Below, one piece after another: positions 7,584 through 17,467 of a stretch of DNA of 64,000 nt (positions are counted from its first letter, which is position 1; each line of letters begins with the position of its first letter). Position numbers and translations under genes: made by a program. Source of the stretch: a virus; IMG/VR virus record IMGVR_UViG_3300028581_002181, positions 1 to 64,000 of that record, one strand, 5' to 3'. The notes beneath the pieces are model-generated. The model worked only from the letters and a program-made list of their open reading frames with translations, was not told where the DNA came from and did no database searches.

Positions 7584-9809
7584 ATGGCTCCTAACACATC
7601 TACTGACATCAGAGTGAATATTACCACAGACTCTCAAAGAGATGCTGCGGCTCGCGATCCCAATTTTTATCAAAGAGACACTTTTGAGTCAGACACAGCC
7701 ACAGTGGATGTGGGAGAATTGTTTCCCAACAAAGTGCCAAACCCTTTGCATCAATACAATTCATTCAACTGTATTTTTACTTTGGCATGTCTTACTTTGG
7801 AAGAGATTAATTTTCCTGCTAGACTGCGTCAAAAGCCACCAGAAGTGATCATACTGAGGAGCGGTGGGTCTGGGCAATCAAAATTTCTCACACCCTATGA
7901 TCTGGATTTTAATGGTGGCAATTCCAACACAAGAACTGCACGCGAATATTTCATGGGCAATGTGAATGTTAACACAATAATAGGACCTAACCAAAAAGGG
8001 CAAAGCAATATTACAAAATTAGAATTTACTGTGTATGAACCCTACAGCATGGGCACGTTTGTGGAAACATTAAGACAGTCTGGACTAAAAGCAGGTTTTA
8101 AAAACTGGATACAAGCTCCTTGGTGTTTGATCATTGAATTTGTGGGACACACGTTGCAAAACAAAACCGAATCAGTCAAGGATGTTTTGGGCAACACTAC
8201 CAAACGAATATTTCCTATTAAAATTTCAAATATAGATTTCACTGCTGATCAGGCCGGAGCACAGTATCAGATTCAGGCTGTACCCATCAGTGATCTTGCA
8301 ATGCAGACAAGTAATCAAAGCATACCCAAAGACATCAGGATTGAAGGCTACACGGTGCAAGAAATGTTGCAAATAGCTCTACAGCATGAATTGAACAAAA
8401 ATAGAAAAGCAAAAAATAAAGATAATAAAACTTTGGAAGAAATAAATGACATCATAATAAACTTTCCAATTCAAGAAGAACAAGAAAAACTCAGTCAAAG
8501 AACCGGATACCAAGAAGCGGAATCGGGAACCACATTCGATCCAGATGCTCAAAGAAGCGCTGTGATTGGCACCGGAGCACAAGTTATTAGCACGCCCAGT
8601 ATCACCAGTTATGTGCAATTCAAAAACACTCTTAACAGCATTGGAAGTTCAAAAATAAACCTTACCAAACAACAGAATAAAAATGTAGGCAGCGAAGACG
8701 ATCAAAAATTCTATGATAAATTCACAAAACTATCAAAATTTACAATCAAAGGCCAAGTTCCAAATCTCACTTTCAAACAGGGCACAAATGTGGAATCAAT
8801 CATCACAAACGTGATATTGCTGAGTGATTATGGTGACCGTCTGTTTCAGCCCAGTGACGCAAATGGCTTCAAAACGTGGTTCAAAATAGTGCCTAGATGT
8901 TTTTACATAAATGACGAGAAAATTGTGGAACAAAACGGCACATATCCATTGCTGATGGTGTTTGATGTGATAGAACACAAAGTGCATGAATCACTGTTTG
9001 CAAAAATAAACAGAAAAACTCAAACAGACAATTTTAATAAATTTGTGATTAAAGAATATGATTATCTTTTTACTGGAAAAAATTTAGATGTGTTGAAGTT
9101 TGACATCAAAATTCAAGCCAGTTACCAGCAACTGTTACCGAGTGATAAAGCCAATTCCAAACAAGATCCCAATAAAAAAACAAAAAACGAAGGAAACGAT
9201 ACTGCAGACGTAGACAACAGCGCAGGTGAGACTGCAGCACAGAACGTGGGTACAGGCAAAATCACTGCTAATTTTTTTGCCAGTCCTCGCAGAAAAAATT
9301 ATGAAGCATTGGGCGAACTAACCACAGAACAAAGACAGACTTTGGAATTTCACGACATGATTATGACTGGTAGCATCAGTTTGACCAATACCAATTTAGA
9401 ACTGTTGGGGGATCCATATTTTTTAGCCGACAGTGGATTGGGTAACTATTACGCCAGTGTGGGCAAAGATCCACGCACAGGAGAAAAAAAATTTATAAAC
9501 AATGATGGCAGTGCTGAACCCACTTTTGCCGGAATATATTGTGTGGTGAATTTCAAAACTCCCATAGATTATGTGTCCAGTGGCAACATGGTGTTCAAAG
9601 GCACAGCCAACTCTCTTAATAAAAATTTTGTTCAGTTGGATGAATTCAGCGGAGTGTACCGAGTAAATCAAGTGGACAATGCTTTCCAGAATGGAACCTT
9701 TGTGCAGACATTGCAACTGGTGAGAGTGCCAAATCAAGAAGTCACAGGCAAAGCCACCAGCACCACTGCTTTGGGCCAACCAATCTATGATGATGGGACA
9801 GGAGCATAA
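7584..9809 (+). CDS. Baseplate hub protein (gp27/gpD-like), 741 aa
   Basis: Lies between the LysM and gp5 genes. C-terminal LELLGDPYF..FSGVYRVNQVDNAFQNGTFVQTLQLVR is typical of hub proteins. Confidence 0.6.
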   Translation: MAPNTSTDIRVNITTDSQRDAAARDPNFYQRDTFESDTATVDVGELFPNKVPNPLHQYNSFNCIFTLACLTLEEINFPARLRQKPPEVIILRSGGSGQSKFLTPYDLDFNGGNSNTRTAREYFMGNVNVNTIIGPNQKGQSNITKLEFTVYEPYSMGTFVETLRQSGLKAGFKNWIQAPWCLIIEFVGHTLQNKTESVKDVLGNTTKRIFPIKISNIDFTADQAGAQYQIQAVPISDLAMQTSNQSIPKDIRIEGYTVQEMLQIALQHELNKNRKAKNKDNKTLEEINDIIINFPIQEEQEKLSQRTGYQEAESGTTFDPDAQRSAVIGTGAQVISTPSITSYVQFKNTLNSIGSSKINLTKQQNKNVGSEDDQKFYDKFTKLSKFTIKGQVPNLTFKQGTNVESIITNVILLSDYGDRLFQPSDANGFKTWFKIVPRCFYINDEKIVEQNGTYPLLMVFDVIEHKVHESLFAKINRKTQTDNFNKFVIKEYDYLFTGKNLDVLKFDIKIQASYQQLLPSDKANSKQDPNKKTKNEGNDTADVDNSAGETAAQNVGTGKITANFFASPRRKNYEALGELTTEQRQTLEFHDMIMTGSISLTNTNLELLGDPYFLADSGLGNYYASVGKDPRTGEKKFINNDGSAEPTFAGIYCVVNFKTPIDYVSSGNMVFKGTANSLNKNFVQLDEFSGVYRVNQVDNAFQNGTFVQTLQLVRVPNQEVTGKATSTTALGQPIYDDGTGA

Positions 9810-11272
9810 TGTTTTCAATTGATCGCAGAAGCAACCCCAATCAGCAAGGCTCAATCAAAGACTCGGGCCCTTACGAAGCCAGAATCACCAGTCACCTGGA
9901 TGGCAAATACATGGGCACACTGGAGGTGGAGTTGTTGAGATCTGTGGATCCTGGCATGGACTCATTGGAAGCCAATCAACGTGTGCAGGTGGAATATCTC
10001 AATCCTTTCTATGGTGTGACCAACTATGCCGGAGTGACCAAGAACAACGACTATGTCAGCAGTCAACAGAGTTACGGCATGTGGTTTATTCCGCCAGACA
10101 TCGGCAACATAGTGCTGGTGATATTTGTGGAAGGCAACATCAACAAAGGCTATTGGATTGGTTGTGTGCAGGCAGAAAATCAAAATTTTATGATTCCTGA
10201 TGGCCGACCTGCAACCACTTTCACTGACACCATAGGTAATATCACAAACATTGGTAAGAAATTGCCAGTGGGCGAATACAACAAAGAATTGTTGATCAAC
10301 AGTTTAAATTTATTAGATGCTACAAAAAATTTAAAACCTATTAACACTGATTTTAAAAATGTTTTGCAAAATCAAGGACTATTAACAGATGAAATCAGAG
10401 GATTAACCACCACCAGTGCCAGACGTGAAGCGCCCAGCAGTGTGTTTGGAGTCAGCACTCCAGGTCCATTGGATAAACGCGGCAATGCTAGAGGCAAAGG
10501 TGGCAGATATCATTCCAGATTGGGTGGCAGCAGTATTGTGATGGATGATGGTGATGATAAATTTTTACGCAAAACATCAGCAGCCACTGGACCTTCAGAA
10601 TATGTGAATAAAACCACAGACATAGTGACTCCAGCAGATGAAACCATACCTCACAATGAATTGGTGCGCATAAGAACACGCACAGGCCATCAAATATTGA
10701 TGCACAATTCAGAAGATTTAATCTACATTGGCAATGCCAAAGGCACCACATGGATAGAGATGACAGCCAACGGCAAATTGGACATATTTGCACAGGACAG
10801 TGTGAGCATACACACTCAAACAGATTTTAATTTCAAAGCGGATCGAGATGTCAACATCGAAGCAGGTCGCAGTATCAACATGAAGGCCATGAGCAGCATC
10901 ACGGAAGAAACATTGGGCAGTCATAGAATCACAGTGGGCAGCAATCAAACCATCACAGTGGCAGCCAATCAAACCATATCCGTGGGCAGCACCAATCACT
11001 ATGCAGATGGCAACATCAATCTAGACACAGGTGGTGTGATCAATCTCAACAACAACAAAGCAGTGAAGACAGAGCCAACTCCGCTGAGCACACACACCAA
11101 TCCTGGTGAAAGCAGCGGCAACATAATGAAACGTGTGCCTCAGCATGAACCATGGCCACACCATGAAAATTTAAACCCTGACAATGTGAAAACATCACGC
11201 ACTGATCGTACCACCATTGAGCAGATACCCAACTCAACCTTGTCAGGCATACCTGACACATTTAAAAAATAA
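9809..11272 (+). CDS. Baseplate central spike, gp5/VgrG-like
   Basis: OB-fold SYGMWFIPPDIGNIVLVIFVEG..GYWIGC, RIRTRTGHQI, beta-helix repeats (VGSNQTITVAANQTISVG), His-rich tip PQHEPWPHHEN. No lysozyme domain recognised. Confidence 0.85.
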   Translation: MFSIDRRSNPNQQGSIKDSGPYEARITSHLDGKYMGTLEVELLRSVDPGMDSLEANQRVQVEYLNPFYGVTNYAGVTKNNDYVSSQQSYGMWFIPPDIGNIVLVIFVEGNINKGYWIGCVQAENQNFMIPDGRPATTFTDTIGNITNIGKKLPVGEYNKELLINSLNLLDATKNLKPINTDFKNVLQNQGLLTDEIRGLTTTSARREAPSSVFGVSTPGPLDKRGNARGKGGRYHSRLGGSSIVMDDGDDKFLRKTSAATGPSEYVNKTTDIVTPADETIPHNELVRIRTRTGHQILMHNSEDLIYIGNAKGTTWIEMTANGKLDIFAQDSVSIHTQTDFNFKADRDVNIEAGRSINMKAMSSITEETLGSHRITVGSNQTITVAANQTISVGSTNHYADGNINLDTGGVINLNNNKAVKTEPTPLSTHTNPGESSGNIMKRVPQHEPWPHHENLNPDNVKTSRTDRTTIEQIPNSTLSGIPDTFKK

Positions 11273-11275
11273 ATA
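11270..11275 (+). promoter_or_regulatory. Putative late promoter TAAATA, 5 nt before ATG
   Basis: TAAATA-atttt-ATG(11281); no SD. Confidence 0.55.
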
Positions 11276-11280
11276 ATTTT

Positions 11281-12132
11281 ATGCCATATTTTACTATTCC
11301 AGCATCCATCACAGACAGCATAGAGGCAGCCACCACAGCAGCCACAGATCTGTTGAATGTGGGCAGTGATGCTTGCGATATTTGTGGCGCTCTTGGTGCC
11401 ACAGTGGGTGGTGATGCCATTGCATTGGCCAAAGAAGCTGAAAAAAAAATTCAAGAAACTATTCCTAAGATTGCTGGCAATGTTGCAGCACTTAAAAGTT
11501 CATTGGAGGCAGATATTACGCCACTGTTGGATCAAGCTGAAAAAATGTTCGAGGGGTATTTTGCAGGAGGTGGATTTCAAGGCGTGCCAGCGTTGCCTGG
11601 TGTGCCATCCATACCTAGTTTACAAAACCTTCCAGGAGGATTTCCTGCAGTGCCAGGTTTGCCTGGCATAGATGGGTTGATTCCGTCTTTGCCAAGCCTA
11701 CCACCTGCATTGGCTAATTTCCAATCCAGTCTCACTGCTTCAATGTCTAGTTTTGGTGCCACTGCTGCAGGCATCACATCGCAGATCACAGCAAAGGTAG
11801 GAGATCTTGAAGCGTCTGTGGAGGCATTGATACCTTCATTGAGCGCAGCAGTGCAAACTGTTTCTGCAGGCAGTTGCAAAGGCATACAAAATCAGTTGCA
11901 ATCTCTAGGAGACAACTTAGTACCTGCATTTGATGCAATCAAAACACAAATTGAAACTCAAACCATTCCCAGTCTTGAACCACAAGTGATGGGCCTGTTG
12001 GATGCTGCTAAAAATATGGCTGAATCTGCAGCTACCCAATTCACTGCTAATCAAGGTGCAATTGAGTCAGCAGCTACCGAAATGAAAAACAACATGCTGT
12101 CTCAATTTTCTGGATTAGGAATCAACATATAA
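11281..12132 (+). CDS. Ala/Pro/Gly-rich hypothetical protein between spike and PAAR genes
   Basis: 283-aa ORF filling the gap, with central P-x-(L/I/V)-P repeats flanked by amphipathic helices. Confidence 0.75.
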   Translation: MPYFTIPASITDSIEAATTAATDLLNVGSDACDICGALGATVGGDAIALAKEAEKKIQETIPKIAGNVAALKSSLEADITPLLDQAEKMFEGYFAGGGFQGVPALPGVPSIPSLQNLPGGFPAVPGLPGIDGLIPSLPSLPPALANFQSSLTASMSSFGATAAGITSQITAKVGDLEASVEALIPSLSAAVQTVSAGSCKGIQNQLQSLGDNLVPAFDAIKTQIETQTIPSLEPQVMGLLDAAKNMAESAATQFTANQGAIESAATEMKNNMLSQFSGLGINI

Positions 12133-12138
12133 TAATCT

Positions 12139-12462
12139 ATGGCCAGAGGCATTGCACGCATTGGAGACAGAACAGAAGGCACCTGCTCTCACCCCAGTCA
12201 TTTGGCTCCACTGGACACTGGAGGCACCATCATCACAGGATCCAGCAAAGTGGTGTGTGATGGCAACAGACTGGCAGCCACATTGGGTGATGAAATAGAA
12301 ACTGATTGCGGGCACACAGCCTACATAATCACTGCCACAGCCAAGGTATTCATAGGACACAAGGCACAGATGGTGGCCAGACTGGGTGATCTGATAGATG
12401 ATGGTGCACCCTACTCAGCAAAAATAATCACTGCTTCTAACAAAACCTTCCCGCAAGGTTAA
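12139..12462 (+). CDS. PAAR-like spike tip protein (gp5.4-like)
   Basis: Three repeats ARIGD / ATLGD / ARLGD with Cys/His (CSHPSH, CGH). Confidence 0.85.
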   Translation: MARGIARIGDRTEGTCSHPSHLAPLDTGGTIITGSSKVVCDGNRLAATLGDEIETDCGHTAYIITATAKVFIGHKAQMVARLGDLIDDGAPYSAKIITASNKTFPQG

Positions 12463-12482
12463 TAAATATTAATATGAGCACA
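12463..12482 (+). repeat. Left copy of an imperfect 20-bp direct repeat (right copy 13515-13534) containing the late promoter and start codon
   Basis: TAAATATTAATATGAGCACA vs TAAATATCTATATGAGCGCA, 17/20 identical. The left copy encodes only Met-Ser-Thr-stop. Confidence 0.55.
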
Positions 12483-12533
12483 TAAAAACATTATTCTTAA
12501 ATTAAAAAAATTTTTTTATACAATCAAAAATTT

Positions 12534-13517
12534 ATGCCAAAAATATTAGTGTGCGGCGCAGGTGGGTTTATAGGAACTCATTTAGTTACCAGTCTAAAAA
12601 AACAAGGACACTATGTGGTTGGTGTGGATCTAAAATATCCCGAATACAGCAATACAGATGCTGACGAATTTCACATCCTAGATCTAAGAAATCAATTCGC
12701 AGTGGAGCAATTGATATCTTCTGATTTGCAAGAGGTTTACCAACTGGCAGCTGATATGGGTGGGGCTGGTTATATTTTCACTGGTAAAAATGACGCTGAC
12801 ATCATGTATAACTCTGCAACAATAAATCTTAACATCATTCGTGCAATGCACAAGAAAGACGTGAAAAGAATTTTTTATAGCTCCAGTGCGTGCATCTATC
12901 CTGCACACAATCAAAAAGATGCAGACAATATTTTATTAAGTGAAGACAGTGCATATCCTGCTGATCCAGACAGTGAATACGGTTGGGAAAAACTATTCAG
13001 CGAAAGACTTTTACTTTCATTTGCTAAAAATTACAACATTCACGTGAGAATAGCAAGGTTTCATAATATTTTTGGACCATTGGGGTCTTGGAACAATGGA
13101 AAAGAAAAAGCTCCAGCTGCTTTGTGTAGAAAAATAGCACTGTGTGAAGAAGATGGCACGATTGAGGTTTGGGGATCTGGACAGCAAACACGCAGTTTTC
13201 TCTATATCGATGAATGCATACAAGGCATCCACAAAATCATGCACAGTGATTGTGAATTTCCACTCAACCTTGGCAGTGAAAGAATGATCAGCATAAACAA
13301 TCTAGCGCTCCTCATTGGCAACATAGTTGGCAAGAATGTCAATGTTAAAAACGTTCCAGGACCAACAGGAGTGATGGCCAGAACCAGCCATAATAAATTT
13401 ATAGCACAACACACTGGTTGGAAGCCAAATGAAGATTTAGAGACTGGGCTTAAACACACTTACGATTGGATCAAAAAACAAATTGCATCAATAAACCATG
13501 TAAGAAAACACACATAA
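12534..13517 (+). CDS. NAD-dependent epimerase, GDP-mannose 3',5'-epimerase-like extended SDR
   Basis: GAGGFIG, QLAADMGGAGYI, FYSSSACIYP, YGWEK (YxxxK), RFHNIFGP, EKAPAALCRK, WGSGQQTRSFLYIDEC. Confidence 0.9.
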   Translation: MPKILVCGAGGFIGTHLVTSLKKQGHYVVGVDLKYPEYSNTDADEFHILDLRNQFAVEQLISSDLQEVYQLAADMGGAGYIFTGKNDADIMYNSATINLNIIRAMHKKDVKRIFYSSSACIYPAHNQKDADNILLSEDSAYPADPDSEYGWEKLFSERLLLSFAKNYNIHVRIARFHNIFGPLGSWNNGKEKAPAALCRKIALCEEDGTIEVWGSGQQTRSFLYIDECIQGIHKIMHSDCEFPLNLGSERMISINNLALLIGNIVGKNVNVKNVPGPTGVMARTSHNKFIAQHTGWKPNEDLETGLKHTYDWIKKQIASINHVRKHT

Positions 13518-13520
13518 ATA
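13515..13520 (+). promoter_or_regulatory. Putative late promoter TAAATA, 5 nt before gp25 ATG
   Basis: TAAATA-tctat-ATG(13526); overlaps the epimerase stop codon. Confidence 0.55.
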
Positions 13521-13525
13521 TCTAT

Positions 13526-13972
13526 ATGAGCGCACAGGAAAAAAAATTATACAAAGACATAGTGATTAAATCTAAAAAAGCATTCACTCAAGCATCTGGA
13601 CCCAGAGCTTACAGAGGCATCAGCACAGTGGATCCCAATGCCAACAGCTTCAATCTGTATGATATTGCATTGATAAGACAGGATCTGCTCAATCATTTTC
13701 ACATACGTCAGGGTGAAAAATTAGAAAATCCTGAATTTGGCACCATTATTTGGGACAGTTTGTTTGAACCACTCACAGAAAGCATGAAACAACAGATCAT
13801 TGACAATGTCACAGCAATTGTGAATTATGACCCTAGAGTGCAGGTGGAAGGAGTCACTGTGGACACCTATGAAAGCGGCATACAAATACAATGCGATCTC
13901 ACCTATCTTACCTATAATATTTCCGAAAGTTTGCGTCTAAAATTTGATGAAAAGCTGGGGTTAATCAGTTAG
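13526..13972 (+). CDS. gp25: Baseplate wedge protein gp25-like
   Basis: LIRQDLLNHFHIRQGEKLENPEFGTIIWDSLFEP..YDPRV signature. Start moved from 13466 to ATG 13526. Confidence 0.9.
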   Translation: MSAQEKKLYKDIVIKSKKAFTQASGPRAYRGISTVDPNANSFNLYDIALIRQDLLNHFHIRQGEKLENPEFGTIIWDSLFEPLTESMKQQIIDNVTAIVNYDPRVQVEGVTVDTYESGIQIQCDLTYLTYNISESLRLKFDEKLGLIS

Positions 13973-14000
13973 AATTAACAGAGCATTTAATCAAACCTAA

Positions 14001-14006
14001 TAAATA
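14001..14006 (+). promoter_or_regulatory. Putative late promoter TAAATA (leadered, SD GGAG)
   Basis: 20 nt upstream of ATG 14027. Confidence 0.55.
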
Positions 14007-14026
14007 ACTTCATACAACGGAGATAT

Positions 14027-17000
14027 ATGTCATCCACAGATAGATTGAATAGATTATTGCTGGCAGAAGACTGGAGAAAGGTCTATCAGAGCTTTAGAAA
14101 CGCTGACTTTACCAGCTATGATTTTGATAATCTACGCAGATCCATGATCAACTATCTGCGTCAGAACTATCCAGAAGATTTCAACGATTATTTGGAAAGC
14201 AGTGAGTATCTGGCCTTGATTGATTTGATTGCTTTCTTGGGACAAAACATTGCTTTTAGAATTGATTTGAATGCCAGAGAGAATTTTATTGAGCTGGCCG
14301 AGCGCAGAGAATCTGTGCTGAGACTGGCTAGATTGTTGAGCTACAATGCCAAACGCAATCAATGCGCCAACGGTCTTTTAAAAATACAATCAATTTCTAC
14401 CACAGAAGGAATCATTGACAGCAACAATGTGAATCTCAGCAATCAAACCATCATATGGAACGACTCCAGCAATGCAGATTGGTACGAACAATTTGTTAAA
14501 GTAATGAATGCTGCACTGCCAGTCAACACCAAAATAGGTCGTCCCAATAAAAAAGACACAGTGGATGGAATTCCAGTGGAGCAGTATCAACTCAATTCTA
14601 ATTTGCAAGAAATACCAGTGTTTACTTTTTCCAAAAACATCGACGGTAGAAACACACAATTTGAAGTGGTATCCATAGATGTCAATACAGGCTCTGTTGA
14701 AGAATTAGCACCATTGCCCACAAACAGATTATCATGCCTATACAAAGATGATGGCAAAGGATATGCCAGCAGCAACACAGGTTTCTTTTTTCATTTTAGA
14801 CAGGGTGTATTACAACAAGGCGATTTTACAGTGCCATTGGCCACACCCAATCAAATAGTGTCCATTGACACTGACAACATTAATCAAACTGATGTGTGGT
14901 TATATTCTCTCAACAATAATCAAGTGGAGCAAGAATTATGGACCAAAGTGAGTGCCACTGAAGGCAACAATGTTATCTACAACAGCACTGCCAAGTCTAT
15001 CAGAAATATCTACAGTGTGATCACCAGAACCGAAGACAGAATAAATCTACAGTTTGCTGATGGCACATTCGGCAATTTACCCAAAGGTGCATTTAGAATA
15101 TATTACAGAGTGAGCGATAATAGACAGTTCAAAATTGTACCAGCTGACATGACCAACATAGAAATTCAAGTGCCTTATGTGAGTGCTTCAGGCAAAAATG
15201 AAATACTCACAATTACCATGTCATTGCAGTACACTATTGATAACGCAAGCAATTCAGAAACATCAGCGTCCATAAGATCCAATGCACCAGCCACATATTA
15301 CACACAGAATAGAATGATCACAGGCGAAGATTATAATGTTGCTCCATTGTCTGCCAATCAAGAAATAATCAAGGTGAAATCAATCAACAGAACCAGCAGT
15401 GGAATTTCAAGATATTTTGATTTGTTGGATGCTACCAGCAAATACAGCAGCACTAATATATACGGCAATGATGGAATACTCTACAAAGAACGAGCGGACA
15501 ACGGTATCACTTTCAATTATGTCAGTAGAACAGACGTAGAAGGGGTGATCAATAATGTGATTGAACCTCTCATATCTGAAAAAAAACTTTTTAATTTTTA
15601 TCAAGATAATTTTCCTTTGATACTAACCACAGATGTGGCCTACTATTGGTATCAAAGCAGTGCCAGCAGCAACATTTCCACAGGATGTTTGCAGGATGTG
15701 GACAATAATAAAATAGAAGTGGGCAGTTTTACACAAAGTGTATTAAAATATTTGGAAACACAGTCACAGTGTAAATTTGTAGCACCTTCTGGATTTTGCT
15801 TCAACAGCAAAGGTGAGTTGAAATTAGGCACACCTAATGCATTGGGCGACAGCACAACAAGATGGGCCACAGTGATCAGAGTGATCGATAATGGCACAGT
15901 GGTTCAACCAGACACCACAGGACCTATCATATTGAGTGAGATTATCCCCACAGGCGCTATTCTCACACAGATTATAGCAAAATTTTCAAAAGTTTTATCC
16001 AACGACATCAAATTGCAAATGTTGGACAAAATATTCTCCAACAGTGTGTTTGGTTTGAGATACAACACTGCTGTGAGAGATTGGGCAGTGATTGATGAAA
16101 CAAATTTAAATATATTTGGAAATTTCAGCACAGGTAAAACTGGTGACAACTCTAATCAACAGCAAGACGCCAGTTGGTTAATATTGTTCACCACAGACAC
16201 AGAACTGTACACAGTAACTTACAGAGGTTTAAGATATGTGTTTGAAAGCGATCAAGAAATTCGGTTTTTCTATGACAAAAACAATAAAGACTATGTGGCC
16301 AACAGCGGTAAGGTAGTGAAAGATAAAATTTCTGTGCTATCTATTAACACAGCTCCAGGCATTCTTACCCCCATGCAAAACAATGTTGATTGGCAAATTT
16401 TACAAGAATATAGAGATACGCAAGGTTATGTGGACAGTAAAAAAATTGAAGTTGCTCAATTTGATTCCAACGATGACGGATTAATGGATAATCCCGATGC
16501 TTTCAAAGATTTAGTGTTGTCCAATAATTATATATTTCAGAAAAAAATAACCACATCAGGAGTTGACGACTTTAATTATGTGTCAGCTGATTTGGAAAAC
16601 ATCACAGTAATAACCAATGACAATCAAATAGGTGCTTTCAGTGCATATGATGTTGACACAGTGTTTTATAATTCAGTGACTGGAGTATTTAAAAAGTTAT
16701 TCATTAGCAACCAAACTCTTGAAGTCACAGGAGATTACAAAGCTCATTTGGGCAGAGCAAGCCTTAAATTTCAATATCTACACAGTGCAGACAGTTCCAG
16801 CAGGATAGATCCCAGTGTAACCAATATCATTGATGTTTTTTTACTAACAAGATCATATGATGCTAATTTTAGATCATGGTTGGACGGCACTGTGGAAAAT
16901 CAACCCTTGCCTTTGAGTTCAGATTCTATGTACAAAAACTTTGGTCAACAAATTAATCTTATTAAATCCATCAGTGATGAGGTGATATATCATCCAGTGA

Positions 17001-17467
17001 GATATAAAGTTTTATTTGGTGACAAATCTGAATCTAAATTCCAAGCCACATTCAAAGTGGTTAAAAATATTAATGAAGTCACAAATAATGACGACATCAA
17101 GGTGCGTGTGATTCAAGCCATCAATCAATATTTCAATTTAGAAAATTGGGATTTTGGTGATACTTTTTATTTTTCAGAACTGAGCACCTATGTGATGACT
17201 CAACTGGCTCCGGACATTGTGACTTTTGTAATAGTGCCAGATCAAACAGTGCAAACATTTGGCAGCTTGTATGAAATTAAATCTGAAAGTGATGAAATTT
17301 TTATCAGTGGAGCAACTGTACAGGACGTTGAAATAATTGATGCTTTGACCGCTTCCAAATTGAGAGCTAGTGGTTCGGTGGTCACTGCTACCAACACAAT
17401 CAACACAGGTATCACCAGTGGCATTAGCAGTTCTTCCGGTGGCAGTTCTTCCAGCGGGAGTTATTAA
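14027..17467 (+). CDS. gp6: Baseplate wedge protein gp6-like (1146 aa)
   Basis: ADFTSYDFDNLR, LIDLIAFLGQ, ENFIELAERRESVLRLARLLSY, FADGTFGNLP, QNRMITGEDY. Confidence 0.85.
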   Translation: MSSTDRLNRLLLAEDWRKVYQSFRNADFTSYDFDNLRRSMINYLRQNYPEDFNDYLESSEYLALIDLIAFLGQNIAFRIDLNARENFIELAERRESVLRLARLLSYNAKRNQCANGLLKIQSISTTEGIIDSNNVNLSNQTIIWNDSSNADWYEQFVKVMNAALPVNTKIGRPNKKDTVDGIPVEQYQLNSNLQEIPVFTFSKNIDGRNTQFEVVSIDVNTGSVEELAPLPTNRLSCLYKDDGKGYASSNTGFFFHFRQGVLQQGDFTVPLATPNQIVSIDTDNINQTDVWLYSLNNNQVEQELWTKVSATEGNNVIYNSTAKSIRNIYSVITRTEDRINLQFADGTFGNLPKGAFRIYYRVSDNRQFKIVPADMTNIEIQVPYVSASGKNEILTITMSLQYTIDNASNSETSASIRSNAPATYYTQNRMITGEDYNVAPLSANQEIIKVKSINRTSSGISRYFDLLDATSKYSSTNIYGNDGILYKERADNGITFNYVSRTDVEGVINNVIEPLISEKKLFNFYQDNFPLILTTDVAYYWYQSSASSNISTGCLQDVDNNKIEVGSFTQSVLKYLETQSQCKFVAPSGFCFNSKGELKLGTPNALGDSTTRWATVIRVIDNGTVVQPDTTGPIILSEIIPTGAILTQIIAKFSKVLSNDIKLQMLDKIFSNSVFGLRYNTAVRDWAVIDETNLNIFGNFSTGKTGDNSNQQQDASWLILFTTDTELYTVTYRGLRYVFESDQEIRFFYDKNNKDYVANSGKVVKDKISVLSINTAPGILTPMQNNVDWQILQEYRDTQGYVDSKKIEVAQFDSNDDGLMDNPDAFKDLVLSNNYIFQKKITTSGVDDFNYVSADLENITVITNDNQIGAFSAYDVDTVFYNSVTGVFKKLFISNQTLEVTGDYKAHLGRASLKFQYLHSADSSSRIDPSVTNIIDVFLLTRSYDANFRSWLDGTVENQPLPLSSDSMYKNFGQQINLIKSISDEVIYHPVRYKVLFGDKSESKFQATFKVVKNINEVTNNDDIKVRVIQAINQYFNLENWDFGDTFYFSELSTYVMTQLAPDIVTFVIVPDQTVQTFGSLYEIKSESDEIFISGATVQDVEIIDALTASKLRASGSVVTATNTINTGITSGISSSSGGSSSSGSY

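Noticed and set aside
6472-17467. T6SS or extracellular contractile injection system (VgrG, PAAR, gp25, gp6-like genes)
   Set aside because: Adjacent gp55/gp47/gp46, phage fibre and collar genes, and late-promoter motifs show a phage tail module. No TssJLM, ClpV or Afp15-type ATPase genes are present.
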